Source: a virus. From it: 64,000 bases of DNA. Location of the stretch: positions 28,859 to 92,858 of the IMG/VR virus record IMGVR_UViG_3300031834_000001. One strand, given 5' to 3'. The notes under the pieces are model-generated. The model made no database searches. It was not told the DNA's origin and saw nothing but the letters and a program-made list of their open reading frames with translations. A program made the position numbers and the translations under genes. Positions within the stretch are counted from its first letter, which is position 1, and the number at the start of each line of letters is the position of its first letter. Positions 49,501-59,416 of the stretch are shown here, one piece after another.

Positions 49501-50670
49501 GTGGATCGCACCATAAGACTCCCGCTTTTCCCGACTCCCGAGCAAGCCGCCGCCCTCGCCGAGACAACCCGGCAGTTTACCGCCGTTTTCAACGCCGCTT
49601 GCATCTGCGGTTGGGAGAACCGGGTACATAACGCGATACGCCTCCACTACCTGGTCTACCATCCGCTCAGGGCTCAATACCCCGCCCTCGCTAGCGACCT
49701 TCACATCCAGGCAAGGGCCAGGGCCGCTCAAACCGTGAGGTCTGCCTTCGCCCTGGCCAAGAAGGGTCGCAAGGTATCGGCTCCCCGCTCCCGCTCCTGC
49801 CCGCCGCGTTATAACCTGCACACGTTCAAGCTTGACTGGGCCGCAGGGTTGGTCAGGTTGTCCTCTGTCTCCGGGCGGATGACCGTTCCGTTCCGGGTGC
49901 CCGAGTATGCTGGGCGGTACGTAGGTTGCAAGACCCGCACCGCCGACCTCGTCGAGCGGGATGGGCGTTTCTGGCTTCATGTCTCCCTAGACGTTCCCGC
50001 TCCGCAGACGACTCTGGTTAACGCCGTGGTCGGCGTGGACCTTGGGATAGCCCAATCCGCCGTCACGTCCGACGCCCGCTTCCTGGGCGAGGGGTCTTGG
50101 CGAAATACCGAAGATCGGTACTTTCGCGTGAGGCGGGCTTTGCAGAAACGAGGGACAAAGAGCGCCAAGAGGCACCTCGGCAGGCTCCGGGGGAAACAAA
50201 GCCGCTTCCGCCAGGACTGCGACCATGTCTTGAGCAAAGCGATTGTCCAGACCGCGCCGCCAGGGGCCACCATCGTCCTGGAGGACTTGACCAACATCCG
50301 GTCCCGAGTCAGGGTTCAACGTGGCCAACAGGCCAGACGCCTCCATTCCTGGAGTTTCAACCAACTTCGTCAGTTCGTCGAGTACAAAGCGGAAGAGCGG
50401 GGTTGTACGGTGGCCCTGGTCGATCCCAGGCATACCTCGCAGCGATGCTCCCGGTGCGGCCATACCGCACGGGACAACCGCCGCTCCCGCGCTCTGTTCG
50501 TCTGTCGGCAGTGCGGTTTCAGCCTCCATGCCGACCTCAATGGGGCGCGAAACATAGCCGCCAAGTACCGTGCCGGGCTCGGCATGTCCGAACCCGGCGG
50601 GCCGCCTGTCAACCGGCCTATCGTGGCGCACGGAGACATCTCCTTGCAGCCGCAAGCCGTCGCCCCTTAG
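49501..50670 (+). CDS. tnpB: TnpB (IS200/IS605-type), RuvC triad intact, no tnpA
   Basis: VGVDLG, IVLEDL, TSQRCSRCG, HADLNGARNI. Confidence 0.95.
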   Translation: MDRTIRLPLFPTPEQAAALAETTRQFTAVFNAACICGWENRVHNAIRLHYLVYHPLRAQYPALASDLHIQARARAAQTVRSAFALAKKGRKVSAPRSRSCPPRYNLHTFKLDWAAGLVRLSSVSGRMTVPFRVPEYAGRYVGCKTRTADLVERDGRFWLHVSLDVPAPQTTLVNAVVGVDLGIAQSAVTSDARFLGEGSWRNTEDRYFRVRRALQKRGTKSAKRHLGRLRGKQSRFRQDCDHVLSKAIVQTAPPGATIVLEDLTNIRSRVRVQRGQQARRLHSWSFNQLRQFVEYKAEERGCTVALVDPRHTSQRCSRCGHTARDNRRSRALFVCRQCGFSLHADLNGARNIAAKYRAGLGMSEPGGPPVNRPIVAHGDISLQPQAVAP

Positions 50671-50705
50671 GGGACGGTGGTTGACTGTAATTCGGCGTCC
50701 GCCAC
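50560..50705 (+). ncRNA. Predicted omegaRNA: scaffold over the tnpB 3' end and right end (to 50685), plus guide from 50686
   Basis: IS605-type right-end hairpin GCCGTCGCCCC-TTAG-GGGACGGT then GGTTGAC; 5' boundary approximate. Confidence 0.55.
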
Positions 50706-51030
50706 GGAAGCCAAGGGTATCGAGGTCTTTCACTACGACGATCCCGACTTGGCCGCCATCCTCCTCCGGTACCTGCTGGCCTTCACCGGCGCGACGGATA
50801 GGGGAGTTAAGCAACCCCCGCCCACCTCGGATCCGAAGGACGCCCCCTCCACCCTGGCCCACTGGCCCGTCCTCCATGACCCCGTTTGCCCGGCGGCCCT
50901 GGTGGAATGTGGCTTCGTGAGTAACGCCGGCGAGTTGGCGTTGTTGATGAGCCCGGCCTACCAGGTCCGGCTGGGGTGCGCGTTGGCCGCCGGGGTGATG
51001 GAGTTTAGCAGAGTCAACGAAGGGAGGTGA
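50686..51030 (+). pseudogene. 5'-truncated N-acetylmuramoyl-L-alanine amidase (Amidase_3)
   Basis: (H)CNSAS..AKGIEVF...PAALVECGFVSN; the N-terminal Zn-ligand half is not found upstream of tnpB. Confidence 0.8.
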
Positions 51031-51035
51031 AATAC

Positions 51036-51449
51036 ATGCCGCAAGACTTCGTCACATGGTCCTACCTCGGAACCTTCGCGGGTATGGCCGCCGCCACTTT
51101 CTGGCTCACCCAGAAGTCCAAAAACTTCATCGACGGCATCCTCGCTCGCCGGGGACTCTCCCTTGAAACCGACCTCCTAGCCTGGGCCTGGGCCGCCTTC
51201 CTAACCATCGTCGTATGGGGTCAACGTGGAGACCTCACCGTCGGTTGGAACTGGCCGCTCGCTCTGGTCAACTCCCTCTTCGTCGCCATTGTGGCCATGA
51301 GCACCCACCAAGCCGGTGCCAACGATGGGGCCGGGGCCGTCGAGTCTGCCTACTCCGGAGACGACATGGCCGACGTGACCCCCAAGCTTCGCGCCGTGGC
51401 CGCCTCCGCCGACGCCGAATTGGCCAAAGCTAAAGTTGCCGGCCAGTAG
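51036..51449 (+). CDS. Holin
   Basis: DFVTWSYLGTFAG; three hydrophobic segments; GGAGG RBS; lysis context. Confidence 0.7.
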   Translation: MPQDFVTWSYLGTFAGMAAATFWLTQKSKNFIDGILARRGLSLETDLLAWAWAAFLTIVVWGQRGDLTVGWNWPLALVNSLFVAIVAMSTHQAGANDGAGAVESAYSGDDMADVTPKLRAVAASADAELAKAKVAGQ

Positions 51450-51559
51450 TTGCAGGCCCGGTCCACGTTGTGGTATCGTCTCCACTAGGGTCACCCGCTC
51501 CACCTGACAACGTTAACCCCAACGCCGACCTCCTCTCCGGCGTGTCCCACTCCTCCCAA

Positions 51560-51592
51560 CGGCCCCCGGTCTCCTAGCGAGATCGGGGGCCG
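51560..51592 (+). terminator. Strong hairpin after the holin
   Basis: CGGCCCCCGGTCTC-ctagc-GAGATCGGGGGCCG; no U-tract. Confidence 0.5.
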
Positions 51593-51676
51593 CCTCCATG
51601 CCGGAATACTCCGCGCCATGGAACTTGCTGATCGGGCGCACAAACAAAGTGTACATTCTGTAGCGGAGGCGAAGTC

Positions 51677-52822
51677 GTGATCGTCCATCAGGCATTCCGC
51701 TATGAGCTCGACCCGAACACCGCCTCTCGCGAAGCCTTGGCGCGACACGCCGGGGCCGCCCGCTTCGCCTATAACTGGGGCCTGGACATTTGCAAGGCTT
51801 GCCTAGATGTTGAGGAGCGTCCGCCGAGTGCCATGACTCTCCACCGAATCTGGAACAGGTGGAAGCGGGATAATATACCCTGGTGGAGCGATGTCTCCAA
51901 GTGCGCCCCGCAGGAGGCTTTCCGTGATCTCGACCGCGCTTTCCAGAACTTCTGGCGGGGGAGGAAGACGGGGAAGCGTGTCGGCTTCCCTCGCTTCCAC
52001 AAGAAGGGCCGGGACGACCGCTTCCGGCTCACGCAAATTGGGCGCGTCCTCTCCCGTGCCGTGATCTTGCCCCGCCTGGGCCCCATCCGGACCAAAGAGC
52101 CGGCGGACAAGTTCCGGGGTCGAGTCCTATCCGCTACGGTATCCCGCGAGGCGGATCGTTGGTATGTGTCCTTGGCGGTGGAGCGGGAACGCCCCGACCC
52201 CGCTCCAGTTTCCGGCCCCGTCGTGGGTGTTGACCTCGGCTTGAACTGCTTCGCGGTCTTGTCGGATGGGACTCGTGTCGAGTCGCCCAAGCCCCTGGCG
52301 CGAAGCCTGCGCCGCCTTCGCCGGAGGAGTCGCGCACATAGCCGGAAGCAAAGAGACTCGGTTAATCAGGCCAAGGCAGCCATGGCTCTGGCCAGGCTCC
52401 ATCGGCGCATCCGCAACCAACGGCGGGACTTCCTCCACAAGTTGACCACGGGACTGGCGAAAACCAAGTCGGTTATCGTGGTCGAGGACTTGTCCGTAGC
52501 CGGGATGGTCCGTAACCGCCGCCTGGCCCGGAGTATCGCCGACGCCGGGTGGTCGGAGTTCCGCCGGATGCTGGCCTACAAGACCGTCTGGTATGGTTCG
52601 CAATTGGTGGTCGGCCCGCGCTTCTTCCCGTCCTCGAAGACGTGCTCGGCCTGCGGTGCGGTGAAGTCGAACCTATCCCTGGCCGAACGGACTTACCGCT
52701 GCGACTCCTGCGGTCTTGAGATGGACCGCGACTTGAACGCCGCGCTCAACCTGGCGCGGCTCGTCGCCGGGAGTTCCCCGGAGACGGTAAACGCCTGTGG
52801 AGCGGACGTAAGACCCGCCTAG
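51677..52822 (+). CDS. tnpB: TnpB (IS607-like), RuvC triad intact, no transposase
   Basis: AFRYELDPN...HAGAARFAYNWGL; VGVDLG, IVVEDL, PSSKTCSACG, DRDLNAALNL. Confidence 0.95.
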   Translation: MIVHQAFRYELDPNTASREALARHAGAARFAYNWGLDICKACLDVEERPPSAMTLHRIWNRWKRDNIPWWSDVSKCAPQEAFRDLDRAFQNFWRGRKTGKRVGFPRFHKKGRDDRFRLTQIGRVLSRAVILPRLGPIRTKEPADKFRGRVLSATVSREADRWYVSLAVERERPDPAPVSGPVVGVDLGLNCFAVLSDGTRVESPKPLARSLRRLRRRSRAHSRKQRDSVNQAKAAMALARLHRRIRNQRRDFLHKLTTGLAKTKSVIVVEDLSVAGMVRNRRLARSIADAGWSEFRRMLAYKTVWYGSQLVVGPRFFPSSKTCSACGAVKSNLSLAERTYRCDSCGLEMDRDLNAALNLARLVAGSSPETVNACGADVRPA

Positions 52823-52908
52823 CGGGCAGACCGCGACGAAGCAGGAATCCTCAAGTGGCACTTGTGCCGCGGAGGAGGAACTGGCCGCCTCCTTTACTGC
52901 TCACCCTT

Positions 52909-52944
52909 GCCCGCCCCGGCCACCCGGCTGGGGCGGGTTTCTCT
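52909..52944 (+). terminator. Intrinsic terminator downstream of the second tnpB
   Basis: GCCCGCCCCGGCC-acc-cGGCTGGGGCGGGT then TTCTCT. Confidence 0.65.
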
Positions 52945-52955
52945 ATGTACTTCCC

Positions 52956-52984
52956 TTGACGGACGTATACTCCCGGCGTATACT
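52956..52984 (+). promoter_or_regulatory. SigA-type promoter with a duplicated CGTATACT operator
   Basis: TTGACG-N17-TATACT; CGTATACT at 52964 and 52977. Confidence 0.75.
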
Positions 52985-53005
52985 TCTCCCAAGGAGGTAA
53001 TGACC

Positions 53006-53479
53006 ATGGCGAAGAAGACGATTTACGTAAGGGACGGCGACGCCGAACTGTGGGCTAAGGCCGAAGCGATGATCGGGGAGGACAGCCTGTCCGGCCTGCT
53101 GGCCACCGCGCTCCGGGCCCATCTCGAACGGGAGGGGACGAAGGCGAAAGTGGTAAACGGAATGAAGCGCATTGTCGTGGACACCTACGACGACGAAAGG
53201 CTTATCAGAAAGGCGTTCACGGGGACGTGGCTTGTGGAGGGTATGGAGACCGGGGAGGATCGCTTCGACATCGGATGGCGCTATAGCGTGGCTTCCACCC
53301 AGGGCGGCCAGATAGCCCTCTACGCCTACAAGGGCGAGACTCCCGGCGAAGAACTGGAGGCCCACCTCAACGTATACGAATCCATACAACACGCCGCTGC
53401 GTCAGAGGAGCCGGAGGACATTCTGGCCGCTGCCGCCGCCGAACTGGGCGACGACTTCGTACAGGAACTCGACATCTAG
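53006..53479 (+). CDS. Protein with an N-terminal ribbon-helix-helix-like domain
   Basis: MAKKTIYVRDGDAELWAKAEAM...SLSGLLATALRAHL; AAGGAGG RBS. Confidence 0.65.
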   Translation: MAKKTIYVRDGDAELWAKAEAMIGEDSLSGLLATALRAHLEREGTKAKVVNGMKRIVVDTYDDERLIRKAFTGTWLVEGMETGEDRFDIGWRYSVASTQGGQIALYAYKGETPGEELEAHLNVYESIQHAAASEEPEDILAAAAAELGDDFVQELDI

Positions 53480-53494
53480 CATAGCTCCAACCTT

Positions 53495-53527
53495 GCCCCC
53501 CTGGTCCTCCGACCGGGGGGCTTCTTC
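53495..53527 (+). terminator. Intrinsic terminator
   Basis: GCCCCCCTGGTC-ctcc-GACCGGGGGGC then TTCTT. Confidence 0.75.
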
Positions 53528-53599
53528 ATGTGCTCCCCCGTCCTCTACGCCCCTCTGCGGGAACCCCTCGCGCTACGCCTGGCCCTGGCCGCCGCGGCA

Positions 53600-53613
53600 C
53601 GAACATACATTCG
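53600..53613. promoter_or_regulatory. Second LexA-box-like site
   Basis: CGAACATACATTCG, one mismatch to CGAAC-N4-GTTCG; intergenic. Confidence 0.45.
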
Positions 53614-53904
53614 CTTAGGCTATCACCCTAATCCGGGGGTCCAACGCGTCCTGGGGCATCCTACGCCGTCGGAGGGGCGGTGAAACGTCGTCTACCAGGG
53701 GGTTTGTGGCGGGCGACATTGTGCGTTGGGCCGTCTAGTTGACAAAACTCGGCGTTATGTGTAACCACGCAGGTAGATGGCCCTATGGACACCCCCGAAA
53801 TAACGGCCTACGGGGTGCGTTGCGGGGCGCAACGTCCAATCACCCTAATCGGTCCATTCTCGCCCGCCCTGGGGCTTCCTAGAGCCTCCCTGCCCAGCCA
53901 ACCC

Positions 53905-53992
53905 TTTGTCGAATTGTGTCGAAATCCTCTGGGCTGAGTGGGGAGCAAATGCGGCCCAGGGGTTGCGCTACGCTACGTGGGCATGATATGAT
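53905..53992 (+). promoter_or_regulatory. Tandem Spo0A-type boxes upstream of a SigA-type promoter
   Basis: TGTCGAA at 53907 and 53917; TTGCGC(53963)-N18-TATGAT with extended TG. Confidence 0.55.
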
Positions 53993-54033
53993 GGGGTTGC
54001 GAGACGATACGGAATTCGAGGGAGGATGCGAGG

Positions 54034-54810
54034 ATGACAATCAAGGCGAGGTATCCGGGCAAGTGCTACAAGTGCGGTGGAGTTATCGGAGTGGGCCAGG
54101 ACATCGATTGGGACAAGGACACCAAGAAGGCTTCGCATCTCAAGTGTCCCGCGAAGGTAGCGACTCCCGTGGCGACCCCGAAGGCGGCGACTCCGAAGGC
54201 GGCCGACGGCAGCCAGGGTCTCCTGGTCACCGAGTTCCCGCGCCGGACACGCCAGGAGGCCCCGCCAGCGGGCTACGTGTTCCGGTCTAACAAGTACGGC
54301 AAGCACGTTACCGTCGTGAAGGTTCGGTCCGAGTTCCTTAGCGCGAACGATTGCGCCGAGAACGGCGATGAGACCTTCGGCGGGGCGGCCTACTGGCTGC
54401 ACACGATCTACTGCCGCCCGGCGACCGATGAGGAAGCCGCGCCGGTCCTGGCCGCCGAGGTCGAGGCCCAGAAGAAGAAGGACGCCGCCGCCCGCCTAGA
54501 GGCTATCGCCAAGCAGACATGCCTGACCGGCGAACGGGCCCCGAAGATTGAGGGAACCCAGGACGGCCGGAACGACGTGGACGGCGAGGTCCTCTGCGAC
54601 TCGTTCGACCTCCACGGCGGCGGGAGTCGGTTCGTCATAACCTCCGACGCCATCTGGTACGTGAGGAACAACGGGGCCGACGGGGACGACTGGTCGGCGA
54701 ACAATGTCCGCACGGGCGGAGCGGGAGCCGTCGGCTACAGGGTTCCCCTCGACGCCGGGCTGGCTGAGGAGATCAGGACGCTGGCGGGGATCGTTGAGGT
54801 CAAGAAGTAG
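54034..54810 (+). CDS. Hypothetical early protein with an N-terminal Zn ribbon
   Basis: ARYPGKCYKCG...SHLKC; GGAGG RBS. Confidence 0.7.
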   Translation: MTIKARYPGKCYKCGGVIGVGQDIDWDKDTKKASHLKCPAKVATPVATPKAATPKAADGSQGLLVTEFPRRTRQEAPPAGYVFRSNKYGKHVTVVKVRSEFLSANDCAENGDETFGGAAYWLHTIYCRPATDEEAAPVLAAEVEAQKKKDAAARLEAIAKQTCLTGERAPKIEGTQDGRNDVDGEVLCDSFDLHGGGSRFVITSDAIWYVRNNGADGDDWSANNVRTGGAGAVGYRVPLDAGLAEEIRTLAGIVEVKK

Positions 54811-54908
54811 TCCGACCGGGGGAGCTACCCTCCCCCACCTTTGAGAACCCTTGCGGACGCCGCAGGACCCGAACCCCAAGGGGTGCGGGAGGAGAGGAGA
54901 GGTCGAGT

Positions 54909-55406
54909 ATGCCGAGGACGGCGACCGAAATTCGCGAAATCCAACTGGGCATCCGGGAGCGAGTGGTGTTGTCTGAGTATCTAGAGGGCCGCACTCCGGA
55001 TCCCCGCAGTCTGCGAGCCATACAGGTAGCCCGGCGGTACCTCCAGGGGGAGGCTACTCGCGAAGAACTTGGAGCGGTTCACCGCGCCGCCGAGGCGCTC
55101 CACAATGACCGGTACGGCCAAGCGCTTTGGGCGCTTGGGTCTACCCCCACCGAGGCTATCGGCACTCCGGGTTACCGCCCCTATAACGATGCGGTGACTT
55201 ACGCCGCCTGGGTCGCTCTCCAGGCCATCGAGGACGTTGACGAAATGCGCTCCATTACCGGCGCTATCCCTCGCGCCATTGATGAGGCGGGCAAGGCGGC
55301 CGAGTCCGCGGCCCGGGCCCGGGGGCTCAACGCGGTCGATGCCGGCCGGGTTCAGAGGGAGACCGAGGCGGCCCTCAACGCCGAGCTTGGAGTAACTGGA
55401 GTCTGA
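54909..55406 (+). CDS. Imm5-like helical protein
   Basis: DPRSLRAIQVARRYLQGEATREEL. Confidence 0.45.
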   Translation: MPRTATEIREIQLGIRERVVLSEYLEGRTPDPRSLRAIQVARRYLQGEATREELGAVHRAAEALHNDRYGQALWALGSTPTEAIGTPGYRPYNDAVTYAAWVALQAIEDVDEMRSITGAIPRAIDEAGKAAESAARARGLNAVDAGRVQRETEAALNAELGVTGV

Positions 55407-55440
55407 CAGCCCCAGGGCCGGGAGAAGGAGGAGGTAGACA

Positions 55441-55964
55441 ATGAGTTATGACATTCGCCTAGAATGCCCGGTTTGCCGCGAGGCCCTGCCCGTGGACCAT
55501 TTCACGGACGGCGGGACTCACCCTCTGGATGGTTCACGTGAGGCCGACCTGAATGTCACCTACAACTATGCGCCGCACTTTGACTTCAAGTCCCTGAATG
55601 ACCGCCAGGCTGGCGACACCATCCCCGACTTGGAGGCCGCCCTCGAACGCTTGGGCGACAAGCCTGACGATGACTACTGGGCCGCTACGCCCGGGAACGC
55701 CGGACGCGCCGTGGCGATCCTGCTCGGTTGGGCGAAGCGACATCCCACGGGAATCTGGGGGGTCCGATGATGGGCGACCAGGATCAACGGCTGAAACCGA
55801 AGTTCCGCGAGTTGTTCTGGGCCGCCGTCCTCGCGGAGACCGAAGAAGAGTCTGAGCGTTTCAGGAAGGCCGCCGTCGAACTTCTTACCGCCAGTGCGAC
55901 GGCAGAATGTGCGCACAAGATCGCGGGCCACTTCAGGGCCGGAGAAGGAGGGCTCAGACGATGA
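55441..55964 (+). CDS. Two hypothetical ORFs (55441-55770, 55767-55964)
   Basis: MSYDI...LNVTYNY...DDYWAATPGNAG resembles a common phage family; AGGAGG RBS. Confidence 0.6.
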
Positions 55965-56848
55965 CCATCGATTATGACCGTTGGGACGGCTCGACCGGCG
56001 GCAACTTGTCGCCCACCCAGGTAGTCGAGGATTGCCTGAGATTTGGGGAGTCGCATGGGGAGTTCGCCGACAGGTTTACCAGTGAGGGCTTCGTCCAGAA
56101 GGACCACCGCGAACAGCTGGCCCGCGACGCTTCCGAGGCTGGCCGCGAGTTCGGCGAGGCCGACTGGTCCGCCTACGTGGTCGGGCTCCGCCAGTTCATC
56201 GTGGACACCCTGGACGCCGCCCGGCCCGAGGGGACCATCTGCCGGCGAGTGGACGCCTCGATAACATGGACCTTCCCTGCGGATTCCGAACTGGAGTCCT
56301 GGGAAGCCGTGGGGGATGAGGCCGACTCGGCGACCCTGGTCACTGGGCTACTCGGCCGAGCACCCTATACGGCCCTGTACAACGTGGTTAGCCGGGGCCG
56401 CACCACGTCCTTCTTCGTCGCCGAGCCCGTCTACGGCATCAAGGAGTTCGCTGCGGCCCTGGGGATCGAGCGGAATCATTTCTCGGCCGTCCTCAGCCGG
56501 GGGCAGGGAAGTATCCCTCGTCCGGCCCTGGCGACCGCGGACGACCACATCTGGACGCATTCCCAGGTCGAGGAGTGCAAGCGGGCCCGGCTACTCAAGG
56601 CCCGCCAGCCCCGGCCGGTGGTCACGATCAGCGAGAACCCCTCGGGCGACCCGGAGGCCAAGCGGTTCATCGTGGCCCATCACCAAGGGGCCATGCCCGC
56701 CCACGCGGAACACGGCTTCGACTCCTTGGTCCAAGCGAAGGGGTCAGTGTCTAGGGAATACCTTCTCCGACGGCCCGTCAGGAAGGATGAGGCCGCCGGG
56801 GATGTCCTGTTCATCGGGAGGCTCCGGGCGAAGCGGCCCAAGTCGTAG
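55961..56848 (+). CDS. Protein with an internal AlpA/Xis-like HTH
   Basis: VYGIKEFAAALGIERNHFS...IPRP...IWTHSQVEE. Confidence 0.6.
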   Translation: MTIDYDRWDGSTGGNLSPTQVVEDCLRFGESHGEFADRFTSEGFVQKDHREQLARDASEAGREFGEADWSAYVVGLRQFIVDTLDAARPEGTICRRVDASITWTFPADSELESWEAVGDEADSATLVTGLLGRAPYTALYNVVSRGRTTSFFVAEPVYGIKEFAAALGIERNHFSAVLSRGQGSIPRPALATADDHIWTHSQVEECKRARLLKARQPRPVVTISENPSGDPEAKRFIVAHHQGAMPAHAEHGFDSLVQAKGSVSREYLLRRPVRKDEAAGDVLFIGRLRAKRPKS

Positions 56849-56942
56849 GCGAGGGTTCGCGGAGGGCCGGGTTCCCACGGGGGCCTGGCCCTCTTCGCGT
56901 CACCGTGTCGAAAACTATCTCCCGGCGGAGCAGGTATACTAG

Positions 56943-56985
56943 TAGACAGGGGGAGGGGAATAGGATACAATGTAGACAGGTAGAG
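56943..56985 (+). promoter_or_regulatory. SigA-type promoter with the GGATACAATGTAGACAG element
   Basis: TAGACA-N17-TACAAT; the 17-mer is repeated at 57306 and 62943. Confidence 0.65.
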
Positions 56986-56999
56986 AACGGGAAGGCGAG

Positions 57000-59184
57000 T
57001 TGAGAAAGATGGCTCTCAAGCGCGAACGCGTCACCTGCGTCTTCGTCGGAGCGGAACGCCTCCCTGACGTCCGGGTGGGCTTTCAATCCACGCCCCTTGG
57101 TGGCGTCGTTCTGCGCCGCCCGACCTTCAACGGGCGGTTCGCCCTTTGGGTTGGCCGCGTGTTCGGTCCTGACGGACAACCTTTTTGCGCGGTGTACCAA
57201 CGGCAGGGGCAGGCAATGATTTTCGCGGGCAGGACCGCTTTTCGCGTAGACCTCCAACGCCTAGCGGAGGGTTACTCCTACAAACCCAATGCCTAGCGGG
57301 GGATAGGATACAATGTAGACAGGTAGAGGGGGGGGGCAACCAGGATGGCCAAGAGGGGCTGGCGTTACGTGGCGGAGTACGGCGGCGAACGCTTCACGCG
57401 CACCTCGGCCCGCATCTACACTCACGCAGTAGTGATTGACGATGCTAGCGGCGCGTGGGTGTGGTCTTTCTGTGGCAGTGAGACCCTCGCCGTCCAGCAA
57501 GCCGCCAAGGCGAGAAGGACCCGTTCGGCGTGCAGAGTCGAGATCGTTCCGGTCAAGCGGGAGGGCTAGGGACGCACCACCCTGCGGGTCCCATAGGGCC
57601 GAGGGAGAGGATGGGGATAAGAGTGGCCAAGAGATGCAACAGGGCATATATCGGACGCTTCACGGACCAGGACGGTAGCGTTCACCGGGTTCACGCTGAG
57701 CGCCAGGGGGACAAGATCGAGGGGTACCGCTGGCAGGTCCTCGGGGACGGCCAGGACGCCGAGTGCTCGGGCAAGACATTCGGCGAGGCGGTCAAGGCCG
57801 CCTGCGACGCCTGGCCGGAGATTGAACTGGGCGAGGTGGCCGGGGACGCCCTGCGACGCTACCTGGCCTGGCCTGGCGGTCGCGTACCCGCCCCGCGAGT
57901 CTGGTGGCCCACCGAAGCCGAGAAGTTGGGTCGGATGCTCGGGGCCGACAAGGAATGCCCGGTGGCCGAGTTCATCAGGTGTAACCGGGAAGCCGACGTG
58001 GCCGGGTACGAGCAGGAGTGTAAGGTCGGCGAACCCACCGCCATTTGCGGCCTGTGCGCCGAGATGCTGGGCCACCGGGAGACCTCGGCGGACGGGTTGT
58101 GCGCCATCCGGCTGAGGATGTTGGTTCCCGTGCTCCTGCCGGATGACGTGGAGGAACAAGAGGGCTAGGCTCGACCACAACCGGGGAGTCGTCGTGGCTC
58201 CCCTGGAGGAAGGGGGTTCCCCATGCGCCGCCTTGCCTGCCTTATCACCGGGCTCGCCCCGGCCTGCGAGGATTGCCTGGTTCGCCAGGCCCTCGATGAG
58301 TATGTCTGTCGCGGCCGGAACCTCATCGGAACCTACGTAACCCTGGCCGACGTGGCGAGGGCCGAGGGCCGGATTAGGGATGCCCGCCGGAGGTTGAACC
58401 GCGCTCGCGGGAACCGACTGGGTTACGTGTCCCCGTCAACGCACCAGAGGGCCGTGACCAGCATGACCAACACGCTTCGCAGGCGGGAGCGGGAGTTACT
58501 GGCCGTCATGGCTGGGTTGGCGAGGGAGAGGTACACCGAGTTTCCGAGATAGTCCCGGTTCGCCGGGGAGAGGAGGAGGGCCATGCTTAACTGGAAGGGC
58601 AAGGAACTCGTGACCTACGGGGACATCATGGACGCGATTCTGGCTTGCGAGACCCCGGAGGAAATGCGGGCCTGCATGGACGCCTATCGGGCCGAGAACC
58701 CCCACGCCGATGGGAGCATCGGGTACATGACGGGCTACTACGACAACGAGACCGCCAAGCGGGTCAAGCGGTGGCTAGGAGTCAGGCACCCCATTTTCGA
58801 CGGCCACGACCCGACGCCGAAAGAGGCGTTTGGGGCGGGCAAGAAGTGGGCCGGGGAGAGCCGGGCGGGCAAGGAGGCCGAGCCGACATGCTGACCACCA
58901 AGGACCTGCTGGACCCCCGGCACACTCCGGGGCCGTTGGAGGTTAAGCGCACCGTGGGCGCATGGGGAATCTACGCCCCCGAGTCCGGCCTTATCGCCCC
59001 GGTATCCACGGAGGCCGATGCCACCCTGTTCGCCGCCTCTCCCGACTTGGCCAAGGTGGTCCGGGAGTATCTGGAGGGACTGGAGGATAAGTGGCTCCCG
59101 GATCATGGTCCGCTATTGGACGCCCAGCCCCTGTACGCCATTCTCGCCAGGGTCTACGGGACGAAGGAGGACTCCGATGTTTAA
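57000..59184 (+). CDS. Run of small hypothetical early ORFs (57000-57296, 57345-57569, ~57610-58168, 58223-58552, 58583-58894, 58888-59184)
   Basis: Each preceded by a purine-rich RBS; HTPGP motif in the last. Confidence 0.55.
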
Positions 59185-59416
59185 GTCATTCGCCAAACTC
59201 AACAGGGCCGCCCTGCTGGAGATGGGTCTCTCTGAGGCCGAAGCCGACGCCATGCTGGCCAAGCCGGGCGGGAGCGACTGGACCACGTTGAAAATCCCTA
59301 GCGAGTTGAGGGACCGCCTCGCCACCCTGGCCCGCAAGGAGGGCCTGTCGATGGGGGCCTTCGTGGCGAAACTGGTGGAGGAGGCTCGCCGGGAGAAGGA
59401 GGGTGACCAGACATGA
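59177..59416 (+). CDS. Ribbon-helix-helix DNA-binding protein
   Basis: TTLKIPSELRDRLATLARKEGLSMGAFVAKLV. Confidence 0.7.
   Translation: MFKSFAKLNRAALLEMGLSEAEADAMLAKPGGSDWTTLKIPSELRDRLATLARKEGLSMGAFVAKLVEEARREKEGDQT

Noticed and set aside
49428-50685. IStron or group I intron splitting an intact amidase
   Set aside because: No amidase 5' exon upstream and only 73 bp between the M23 gene and tnpB, leaving no room for a ribozyme
51027-51038. Lambda-S-like dual-start holin (M-K-Y-M)
   Set aside because: The upstream GTG overlaps the GGAGG RBS itself and has no RBS of its own; ATG 51036 is the plausible start
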